Positions 20,314 through 28,209 of a DNA stretch of 44,732 nucleotides are shown in pieces. The notes beneath the pieces were generated by a model that worked only from the letters and a program-made list of their open reading frames with translations, was not told the DNA's origin and ran no database searches. The translations under genes were made by a program, and so were the position numbers. Origin of the DNA: Alphaproteobacteria bacterium MarineAlpha2_Bin1 (GTDB lineage Bacteria > Pseudomonadota > Alphaproteobacteria > SHVP01); contig PTLN01000002.1 of the NCBI GenBank assembly GCA_002938125.1, forward strand, positions 1-44,732, in the 5' to 3' direction. Every line of letters starts with the position of its first letter. The first letter of the stretch is position 1.

Positions 20314-22194
20314 TTAGTCTTTAGAAACTGGGTTCTTTACGCCAGCTTTTTTCATAATGACCCATTGTTGAGCAATAGAAAGAACATTATTCCAAGTCCA
20401 ATAAATTACTAATCCAGCAGGAAATGCTGCTAATAGAAAAGTAAAAAATATAGGCATTATCATGAAAATTCTTGCTTGTATGGGGTCCATAGGTTGAGGA
20501 TTAAGACGCATCTGAAGCCACATACTTATCCCCATTAAAAGCGGCCATATTCCTAGGATTGGTATAAAAGACGGGGGGGTCCAAGGTATAAGGCCAAATA
20601 AAGTAAAAAGATTAAGAGGATCAGGCGCGGATAGATCTTGTATCCAGCCAAAAAATGGAGCATGCCTCATTTCAATAGTAACAAAAAGAACTTTATATAG
20701 TGCAAAAAATACCGGTATTTGTATCAACAGAGGTAAGCATCCAGATATTGGATTAGCCCCTTCTTTTTTATATAAGGCCATCATCTCTTGTTGTTGTTTT
20801 TGTCGATTATCTTTATACCTTTCTCTAATCTTTTTTATTTCAGGTGCTATTAGTCTCATTTTGCCCATAGCTTTATATGATCTATTGGCAATTGGGAAAA
20901 AGATAAGTTTTATAAATAAAGTAACAATTAGAATTGCAATGCCATAGTTACCAAAAGTTTCGGATGATAACCGAAGAGCAAGAAAAATTGGCTTTGTAAG
21001 AAAGAATAAATAGCCAAAGTCTACTGCTCTATCAAACATCGGTATACTTAAAGTTTTACCATATCCATCTAAGTAGCGCACAACTTTTGCACCAGCAAAA
21101 AAATGATTTTCAACTTTTATAGAACCTCCTGGGTTAATAAAAATTGGTTCAGTTAAATGTTGAATTACAAATATTCCGCATGGCCCCTTTTGGGTGGTTG
21201 GAGTAATATTTATTAGATTTGATTTTTCTGATAAACAAGGTCTTGAAGATTTTTTATGTATATATTTGAATTCAGATATCTTTGTTTTATCTGGAATCAT
21301 AGCTGTTAACCAGTATTTATCTGTAATTCCTATCCAGCCGCCCTTATCCGATGGGTTAAATTCAATGGGTCTATTTTCTTGATTTTCCTCGACGACATCT
21401 TCATAATCTGGTTGCTCCAAAATTCCATCAAAAACACCTATTGGGCCTTCGTGTAAAATAAAAAAACCTTGAGTTTCTGGAGCTCCATCTCTAATTATTT
21501 GCCCATAAGGATATAGTTTTAGTTTTTTTGTTCCATTATGAAAAACTCTGTCACTTATCTTAAACATATATTGTTCATCAACTTCTATTAGTCTTTGAAA
21601 AATTGTTCCTTTGTTGTTTTTCCATTCCAAAATAACCGGATTTGATGGCGATAGTTTTTTTGAGTTTGACTTCCAAATAGTTTTCTTATTTGGTAACTCT
21701 ATATAATCATACTCTTCACATTCGGACTGACTATTATTTCTTAAGCAATCATCTTTACTTTGTTGAATCCATCCAAAGCTTGCGTAATATGGGTTAATCG
21801 AATTTCTAGGTGAGAGAAAGGTTATTCTTTTGCTATTTTTATCAATATTTTCTCCATAATTTAAAAGTGTAAGGTCATCAAATAATGCTCCTTTAAGCTG
21901 AATTGATCCCTGTAACTTTTCACTTTCAATATCGACTCTACTAGTTTGAGAAATTATTTTTTCTCTATTTACAAAGACTTCCTCTTCAACTAATTCATTT
22001 TTTTTTGATATTATTTTATCAGTTACTTGTGGTTCTAAGTTATTTTCCGAAACATTATTTTGATCACTGGAGTCTATCTGGCCTTTTTCTAGATTTGGTT
22101 TTTCTACAGTTGGCACACCATATATTAATTGAAAGCCAAGGAGTATTGCTATTGATAGAACTATTGCAATTAAGAGATTTTTATTTTCTAGCAT
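20314..22194 (-). CDS. yidC: Membrane protein insertase YidC
   Basis: It has an N-terminal TM segment, a large periplasmic domain and the conserved C-terminal 5-TM core (GCLPLLIQIPVFFALY). It sits in the rpmH-rnpA-yidD-yidC operon. Confidence 0.95.
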   Translation of the reverse strand: MLENKNLLIAIVLSIAILLGFQLIYGVPTVEKPNLEKGQIDSSDQNNVSENNLEPQVTDKIISKKNELVEEEVFVNREKIISQTSRVDIESEKLQGSIQLKGALFDDLTLLNYGENIDKNSKRITFLSPRNSINPYYASFGWIQQSKDDCLRNNSQSECEEYDYIELPNKKTIWKSNSKKLSPSNPVILEWKNNKGTIFQRLIEVDEQYMFKISDRVFHNGTKKLKLYPYGQIIRDGAPETQGFFILHEGPIGVFDGILEQPDYEDVVEENQENRPIEFNPSDKGGWIGITDKYWLTAMIPDKTKISEFKYIHKKSSRPCLSEKSNLINITPTTQKGPCGIFVIQHLTEPIFINPGGSIKVENHFFAGAKVVRYLDGYGKTLSIPMFDRAVDFGYLFFLTKPIFLALRLSSETFGNYGIAILIVTLFIKLIFFPIANRSYKAMGKMRLIAPEIKKIRERYKDNRQKQQQEMMALYKKEGANPISGCLPLLIQIPVFFALYKVLFVTIEMRHAPFFGWIQDLSAPDPLNLFTLFGLIPWTPPSFIPILGIWPLLMGISMWLQMRLNPQPMDPIQARIFMIMPIFFTFLLAAFPAGLVIYWTWNNVLSIAQQWVIMKKAGVKNPVSKD

Positions 22195-22207
22195 TGGGAG
22201 CCTTCAA

Positions 22208-22450
22208 CTATTTTATTTTATCTATCTCTCTAGATGGGACTGGATCATACCTGCTAGAGCTAAATGGGTGACACTTTAAAATTCTTTTTATTGTTAGTAA
22301 GATACCAAAAGGTAATCCATGTATAATTAATGCTTCTTTTGCATAGGATGAGCATGTTGGTTGAAATTTACATCTCGCTCCAAAAAAGGGTGAAACAAAA
22401 TATGAATAAAATTTTATAAATGATATAATTATAACTGAAAGATATTTCAC
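22208..22450 (-). CDS. yidD: Membrane protein insertion efficiency factor YidD
   Basis: About 80 aa, with the CKFQPTCSSYA and CHPF motifs. Confidence 0.9.
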   Translation of the reverse strand: MKYLSVIIISFIKFYSYFVSPFFGARCKFQPTCSSYAKEALIIHGLPFGILLTIKRILKCHPFSSSRYDPVPSREIDKIK

Positions 22451-22467
22451 AATTTCACGCTTTGTAT

Positions 22468-22860
22468 TTAATTTTGTTTTTTCAAGGTATCTGTATTTTT
22501 TAATAAATCCAACAATTCACTATTAATATTATCAAATGAATAATCAACAATTTTTTTTCGTCCTATCAGTACATAATCATAACCTGGTTTTGCATAATTA
22601 GACAAAATTTTCTTTGCCGCTGCTCTAATTCTTCTCTTTATTTTGTTTCTTATAACTGATTTACCAATTCTTTTCGTAACTATATAACCTAACCTGATTG
22701 TTTCATTTGGGTATAAATCAATTTCTGACTTCTGTCGATTTACCACTTGAAGTATTATGCCTCCAGAAATAGCTTTTTTACCAAATTTTGAGATAAATAA
22801 AAATTCTGAGCGAGAGTTTATTTTTTTTATTTCAGGATCAGAAGCATTCTTCATTATCAT
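22468..22860 (-). CDS. rnpA: Ribonuclease P protein component
   Basis: It has the basic RNR-like motif ([17 protein letters not shown]). Its start overlaps the rpmH stop (ATGA). Confidence 0.9.
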   Translation of the reverse strand: MIMKNASDPEIKKINSRSEFLFISKFGKKAISGGIILQVVNRQKSEIDLYPNETIRLGYIVTKRIGKSVIRNKIKRRIRAAAKKILSNYAKPGYDYVLIGRKKIVDYSFDNINSELLDLLKNTDTLKKQN

Positions 22861-22991
22861 GCTGAGAGTCTTTTTCGTCCTTTTGCTCTTCTCCTTGATA
22901 AGACCTTACGACCTCCCAGAGTTTTCATTCTTGATCGAAAACCGTGTCTACGCTTTCTAATTAATACACTTGGCTGAAAAGTTCGTTTCAC
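22857..22991 (-). CDS. rpmH: 50S ribosomal protein L34
   Basis: It is not in the ORF track because it is too short. My hand translation of the minus strand from the GTG at 22991 gives [44 protein letters not shown], a canonical L34. The plus-strand ORF 22757..22960 is a shadow. Confidence 0.9.
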   Translation of the reverse strand: MKRTFQPSVLIRKRRHGFRSRMKTLGGRKVLSRRRAKGRKRLSA

Positions 22992-23045
22992 TTTAATATC
23001 TCCATGGGTAATAAAGAATAATATAAATTAATAATGCAAAAAAGC

Positions 23046-23074
23046 TGTATAATCTTAACTTACCCTTAAGTCAA
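23046..23074 (-). promoter_or_regulatory. Candidate sigma-70-type promoter for rpmH-rnpA-yidD-yidC
   Basis: The minus strand reads TTGACT, a 17-nt spacer, then TATACA, about 55 nt upstream of the rpmH GTG. A GGAG lies just upstream of the start. This is a consensus match only, in a very AT-rich context. Confidence 0.3.
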
Positions 23075-23342
23075 ACAGATGATGGAAATATTTAATTTTT
23101 TTTTATAATATCCATATTTTTTTGGCTAAAACATCAATTTAACCATAATTTATAGGGATTTGTCCCGAAAAGATATTTTAGTAAGATTTTGAGAAAATAG
23201 AGAAATTATCTGTTTTTTCGAAATTTAAGGTAAACTGATATATAATAGAAATCTTTTATGAACAAAAATTCTATATAAACTATTGAAAATTAATTTGAAT
23301 TTTATTCTTTGTTTTTTAAACAGTGACATTATATTTAGTAGT

Positions 23343-24068
23343 ATGAATTATATTAAATTTCTTAAACTAGTTATAAACCCTATAACAATAATATTTATTT
23401 TTCTTGTCTTTTTTTTATCAATTAAAATTCTGGGTTTTGATAGCCTAATTATGATTGATTTAATTAGAAAGAACTATTTGGTAATTATGTCTAATGTAGA
23501 ATCTAATTTAGGATTAGTGATCATATTGTTTATTATAATCTATATTATCGTTACAACCTTATCAATACCAGTAGCCACTTACCTTACTTTATTAGGAGGT
23601 TTATTATTTGGGCAATATAAAGGTACAGTAATTGTTCTAATAAGTGCAACAATAGGTGCTACACTTATTTTTATAATATTTAGATACGCATCAAATTATT
23701 TTTCAAAAAAAATTAATAATAAATACCTTGAAAATGTTAAAGTTGGTTTTAATAAAAATCCTATGTTATATTTACTATTACTAAGACTTATTCCAGTATT
23801 CCCATTTTTTGTTGTCAATATAGTTTCTGCAATAATGAATGTAAAATTAAGTCAGTATATTATTGCTACATCTATAGGAATGATTCCCATGACATTTTTC
23901 TATTGTAGTATAGGTTCCAGTGCAGGTTTACTAATGAATAGGGAAACACTGTTTAACTACAAACAGCTATTTGATTTGAACTTTCTTGTACCCTTTGTAG
24001 GTATTATCATACTTTTGTTTGTTTCATTTATTTTTAAAAGAAAAATAGGTAATGTAAGGCATGGCTGA
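23343..24068 (+). CDS. TVP38/TMEM64 family (DedA superfamily) integral membrane protein
   Basis: A multi-TM protein with the characteristic region LLGGLLFGQYKGTVIVLISATIGATLIF and LRLIPVFPFFVVN. The track ORF begins at a TTG at 23283; I prefer the ATG at 23343 (MNYIKFLK…). Confidence 0.8.
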   Translation: MNYIKFLKLVINPITIIFIFLVFFLSIKILGFDSLIMIDLIRKNYLVIMSNVESNLGLVIILFIIIYIIVTTLSIPVATYLTLLGGLLFGQYKGTVIVLISATIGATLIFIIFRYASNYFSKKINNKYLENVKVGFNKNPMLYLLLLRLIPVFPFFVVNIVSAIMNVKLSQYIIATSIGMIPMTFFYCSIGSSAGLLMNRETLFNYKQLFDLNFLVPFVGIIILLFVSFIFKRKIGNVRHG

Positions 24069-25482
24069 GATCTTAAAAACAGACGTTTGCGTTATTGGAG
24101 CAGGATCAGCTGGTTTAGTGGTTGCTGCCGGAGCTGCATTATTTGGTTTAAATGTGATATTAATTGAAAGAGATCTTATGGGTGGTGACTGTCTAAACTA
24201 TGGCTGTGTTCCATCAAAGGCTTTAATATATGCAGGGAAACTAAAGGAAAAACTTTCTATGATAGATAAAATTGGTCTATCAGTTGATATTCCTGAGACT
24301 AATTTTTTTCATATAAAAAGTTACATAGAAAGCGTAATTAAATCTATTGAGCCGAATGACTCCAAAGAAAGATTTGAAGGTATGGGTGTCAAAGTAATTA
24401 AAGGAAGTGCGAAATTTATAAATAAAAAACAATTACAAATAAATAACCAAAAAATTATATCAAAAAAATTTGTTATCTGTTCTGGGTCCAAACCGTATAT
24501 ACCTGATATTCAAGGCTTAGATTCAGTTCCATTTTTTACAAACGAAACAATATTTTCCAATTCAGAAAAACCGTATCATCTCATAATTATTGGTGCTGGA
24601 GCAATAGGTACAGAAATAGCTCAAGCATATAATAACTTATCAGTAAAGGTATCTTTAATAGACAGTAAAATTTTTTTAAATGGTAAGGATTTTGAATTAT
24701 CAAATATACTCAAGTCAAAAATACTTTCTCAAGGTATAAACATCTATGAAAATATTAAAATAAAAAAAATAACTAGGGTAAATGAAAAAAAATTTAATAT
24801 TTTTTTAGATCAAGATGGAACAGAAATAATTTTAGATTTTTCACACCTTTTATTAGCTACAGGAAGAGTTGCAAATTTTAATGATTTAGATCTTAAAAAA
24901 GCAGGTATTAAATATACAAAAAGCGGGATAAGTGTGAATTCACGATTAAGAACATCGAATAAGAGAATATATTCTGCAGGGGATGTTATAGGTCAAAATA
25001 TGTTTACACATTCAGCTTCATACGAAGCAGGTATAGTTCTTAGAAATATGCTTTTTAAAATTCCTGCAAAAGCTAGTTCAAATATCCCAGATATAATTTA
25101 TACTTCACCTGAATATGCATCAATTGGATTTAGTGAAGAGGAGGCGGTCAAATATAATAGTTCAATAAATATTTTGAGGTGGCCACTATCAGAAAATGAT
25201 AGAGCAGTTATAGAAAGTGAGGAAGTTGGTTTGATTAAAATTATAACACAAAAGAATGGTAGAATTCTTGGTGTAAAAATTTTATCACCTAATGCGGCAG
25301 ATTTAATAGTTCCGTGGATCCTGGCTATGAATAAAAATTTAAAAATTTCATCAATGGCAAACTTAATTATTCCTTACCCTACTCTCTCAGAGTTAACAAA
25401 AAGAGCCTCAAGTAATTTTTTCCTACCAAAATTAACTAGTAAATTCCTTCAAAACCTAGTTAAAATACTTATAAAAATTTAA
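24061..25482 (+). CDS. Class I pyridine nucleotide-disulfide oxidoreductase (Lpd/MerA-like flavoprotein), atypical C-terminal catalytic site
   Basis: It has an FAD GxGxxG motif (VIGAGSAGLV), the redox-active disulfide GGDCLNYGCVPSK, an NAD GxGxxG motif (IIGAGAIGTE) and a dimerisation domain. The conserved HPT(L/S)xE motif reads YPTLSE. There is no C-terminal Cys pair. The start overlaps the upstream stop by 8 nt (ATGGCTGA). Confidence 0.85.
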   Translation: MAEILKTDVCVIGAGSAGLVVAAGAALFGLNVILIERDLMGGDCLNYGCVPSKALIYAGKLKEKLSMIDKIGLSVDIPETNFFHIKSYIESVIKSIEPNDSKERFEGMGVKVIKGSAKFINKKQLQINNQKIISKKFVICSGSKPYIPDIQGLDSVPFFTNETIFSNSEKPYHLIIIGAGAIGTEIAQAYNNLSVKVSLIDSKIFLNGKDFELSNILKSKILSQGINIYENIKIKKITRVNEKKFNIFLDQDGTEIILDFSHLLLATGRVANFNDLDLKKAGIKYTKSGISVNSRLRTSNKRIYSAGDVIGQNMFTHSASYEAGIVLRNMLFKIPAKASSNIPDIIYTSPEYASIGFSEEEAVKYNSSINILRWPLSENDRAVIESEEVGLIKIITQKNGRILGVKILSPNAADLIVPWILAMNKNLKISSMANLIIPYPTLSELTKRASSNFFLPKLTSKFLQNLVKILIKI

Positions 25483-25498
25483 TGTTTAAAATATTAAA

Positions 25499-26494
25499 AT
25501 GATTAGTATTGGTAAACTTAACCTAATTACAGATGTTGATGGAATTCAAGTGGGGAATTCTTCACATTCCGTAGATCTTACAGGAGTAACAGTAATTATT
25601 CCATCTGAGAGAAGTGTTGCTTCAGTCGATGTAAGGGGAGGTGCGCCGGGTACAAGAGAAATAGAGACACTAAGGCCTGAAAATTCTGTTAATAAAATCG
25701 ATGCGATAGTTTTGAGTGGAGGTTCCATATTTGGTTTAGATGCCGCTTCATCTGTTACTTCCTGGCTGAAAAGTAATGGAAAAGGGTTAGTTGTACGAGG
25801 TAACACAATTCCAATAGTTCCATCAGCAATAATTTTCGACTTTCCAATTAAACCTGACAGGAATTGGAATGAGAGTAATCCATTTAACTTCTTGGGCAGA
25901 GAAGCATGTAAGAATGTTACTAAAAAGTTTGAATTAGGTAACCAGGGAGCTGGCCTTGGAGCAACTGCTGGACCGATAAAAGGTGGTCTTGGTTCAGCAT
26001 CATTTGTAAATGATATTGGTTGGCAAGTTGGTGCTTTAACAATTGTAAATCCATATGGTGAGGTTGTTATTCCAGGTACAGATAAGTTTTTTGCAGGTCA
26101 GGTTGAAATTTCAGATGAATTTGGAGGTTTTGGAACCGCAAAAATAAGTAATACAAAAATAGATTATGACTTAGCATCCGCATTGGGCGGAAATACAACC
26201 ATTTCTGTAGTTGCTACTAATGTTGTGTTAAATAAGCCAGAGGCATTAAGATTAGCAATTATGTGTCAGGATGGTATTGGTAAGGCAATTAGGCCTGCGC
26301 ATACACCTTACGATGGTGATGTTGTTTTTGTTGTATCTACAGGACTCCTGAAAGTTAATGAACAACCAGAAAAACTTTTATCAAGACTAGGAACTCTAGC
26401 CTCAGACTGCGTTTCAAGATCTATTGCGAGAGGTGTATATTTTGCTAAGACACTAAACAACTATAAATCCTATAAAGATTTTTATAGCAAATAA
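25499..26494 (+). CDS. Peptidase S58 / P1 family (DmpA/BapA-like aminopeptidase)
   Basis: VGNSSH…TGVTVIIP, VDVRGGAPGTRE and AIVLSGGSIFGLDAA are typical of the family. The likely autoprocessing/nucleophile region is LGGN-TTISVVATN. Confidence 0.8.
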   Translation: MISIGKLNLITDVDGIQVGNSSHSVDLTGVTVIIPSERSVASVDVRGGAPGTREIETLRPENSVNKIDAIVLSGGSIFGLDAASSVTSWLKSNGKGLVVRGNTIPIVPSAIIFDFPIKPDRNWNESNPFNFLGREACKNVTKKFELGNQGAGLGATAGPIKGGLGSASFVNDIGWQVGALTIVNPYGEVVIPGTDKFFAGQVEISDEFGGFGTAKISNTKIDYDLASALGGNTTISVVATNVVLNKPEALRLAIMCQDGIGKAIRPAHTPYDGDVVFVVSTGLLKVNEQPEKLLSRLGTLASDCVSRSIARGVYFAKTLNNYKSYKDFYSK

Positions 26495-26498
26495 TAAA

Positions 26499-27680
26499 TT
26501 ATCTTACGTAAATGTGAACTTCGTTTGTTACAGCTCTATCCAATGTTGTAGATGATAATGAAACCCTGTTCGCCGGCATACCCATATCAGTAATAGCTCT
26601 AAAAACCCTAGCAGCATGGTCTTTAGACTTAGAAGAGTTTAGCGCTAATTCAGCTGGATTACCTTTACTTGGTGAGATTGCAACTAAATCAAATTGGGCA
26701 TTTGGCCTTTGTTCAAGAGTTCTACTCATAGCAGCGAATAGAGCTCTTTCAAATGGAACATCTGGTCTATCAAAGCGAATAACAACTAAAGGTTGTTTGC
26801 TTTGGATTGAAGAGTTACTGAGGGGTCTAGTAGTATTATTATCTACATTACCATCATTTCTAAGAGAAGTAAAAATTCTACTTCTTAAACTTGGCCCCAG
26901 AATTTCGCCATTTTTAATTGAAGCTGACAAAGTTGTGAGGTTTGATCTTTCACTACCAACATATGCAGTTTGTCTACTGACATCCTCGCTCAATTCGTTA
27001 AGAAGTCTATCAATGAGTACTACTGTTCTATTTGTTTCATCTTCAAGTATTACTAATTGTCTATGATCTTCATCAATAGCGCCTGATAATCCAAAGGTTG
27101 CTTGAGTGCTTTCAAGCAGGAATGCTGCAAATGCAGAGTCACTAGCAACACTATTTGCTAAGGTGTTAAATAAATTTATTCCCTCTCCCATTCTATCAAG
27201 TTCAACTTGTGCTTGGTTCCATTGATCAATAAGGACAGGATTACCTGGTGTTGTGCCAACCTGGAGTCTTGTTTGAATTGCTGCCACTGTTCCATGGTAT
27301 CTTTGGGAGGTTTGAATAACTTGATTTCTGATCTTTTGAAGACGCTCATTTTGTTTAAAAATATTATTTTGAAGTTGACTTAACTCGTTTCTCAATTGAG
27401 AAACTTTTTGGCCAACAAACGTTCCAGTCTCAATGCCAGGAGTAATAGGGGCTGGCTTAAAGGAAGAATTTCCAAGTTGCGGCGGTGGATTTTTAGATAA
27501 CTCAGACTCCTCTTTTGCAGAAGTTGACTCATCACTTAATTCAGCGACTTCAGTGGCTGAGGCAGGAGGCGGTAGTTCTGATGTTTCTCCGCCTGGAAAA
27601 ACTCTATCAGAAATAAAAGAACACCCACTCAAAATAAGAGAAGGTAATATTAAAATTAAAAATAATTTTCTTATCAACAT
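26499..27680 (-). CDS. Lipoprotein of unknown function (Ser/Glu/Pro linker, coiled coil, possible degenerate OmpA-like C-terminal domain)
   Basis: The long ORF is well supported. The track start is 27797, but a textbook lipoprotein signal peptide (MLIRKLFLILILPSLILSG|C) begins at the ATG at 27680, with an alternative TTG at 27689. An AGGAGG lies at 27694-27699 on the minus strand. The function is unknown. The C-terminus (…HAARVFRAITDMGMPANRVSLSS…NEVHIYVR) loosely resembles the end of an OmpA_C domain. Confidence 0.7.
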   Translation of the reverse strand: MLIRKLFLILILPSLILSGCSFISDRVFPGGETSELPPPASATEVAELSDESTSAKEESELSKNPPPQLGNSSFKPAPITPGIETGTFVGQKVSQLRNELSQLQNNIFKQNERLQKIRNQVIQTSQRYHGTVAAIQTRLQVGTTPGNPVLIDQWNQAQVELDRMGEGINLFNTLANSVASDSAFAAFLLESTQATFGLSGAIDEDHRQLVILEDETNRTVVLIDRLLNELSEDVSRQTAYVGSERSNLTTLSASIKNGEILGPSLRSRIFTSLRNDGNVDNNTTRPLSNSSIQSKQPLVVIRFDRPDVPFERALFAAMSRTLEQRPNAQFDLVAISPSKGNPAELALNSSKSKDHAARVFRAITDMGMPANRVSLSSTTLDRAVTNEVHIYVR

Positions 27681-27949
27681 TCCAATCAATACCCCTCCTA
27701 TAGTATGAAAAGGGCACAACCTAAACAAGGCTGCATAAAAATTCAATGGCAGACCATCAAAAAAACACAAAAAATTCATCACTGATTTCTTTGTCAAGAC
27801 AGCTTAGCCGCGTAACACATCATAAACATGTCAATATGCGTCGGACAAGCAGGATATTAAGTGTTTTTCATTATATTTTGATAATTTAAGCAATTTATGA
27901 CAAAAAAAAACATTTTTTTGCCAAATTATGGTTAATTTTAACAAATTTG

Positions 27950-28026
<77 letters not shown>

Positions 28027-28067
28027 ATAGGACACTCAGGCCTATTATTTATGTTTATTTTGTCTTT

Positions 28068-28111
28068 ATAAAGCTTAAAGGTGCAAAGAATAAAGCTTAA
28101 AAGTACAAAGA
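28068..28111. repeat. Tandem direct repeat, 2 x 22 nt (ATAAAGCTTAAAGGTGCAAAGA / ATAAAGCTTAAAAGTACAAAGA)
   Basis: Read directly from the sequence. The two head-to-tail copies are 20/22 identical and each contains an AAGCTT palindrome. They lie between the 5' end of tRNA-Arg and the aldehyde dehydrogenase gene. Confidence 0.85.
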
Positions 28112-28209
28112 CTAATAAATAGAATAAATTTAATTTTAAAAAAAGGAACATTTTTATCTCTAAAAAAGAAATATAATGTGATATCAATTTAAATAATTAG
28201 GAGGTTATT

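Noticed and set aside
22992-23342. Chromosomal origin of replication next to rpmH
   Set aside because: There is only one weak DnaA-box-like 9-mer (7/9) and no cluster of boxes. dnaA is not adjacent, and alphaproteobacterial origins are usually located elsewhere. The idea cannot be supported from this window.
27681-27797. N-terminal 39-aa extension of the lipoprotein ORF (track start 27797)
   Set aside because: A canonical lipoprotein signal peptide begins at the internal Met (27680) with an AGGAGG upstream. The extension is hydrophobic and aromatic with no signal-peptide logic. It is treated as 5' leader, though an upstream-ORF role is not excluded.
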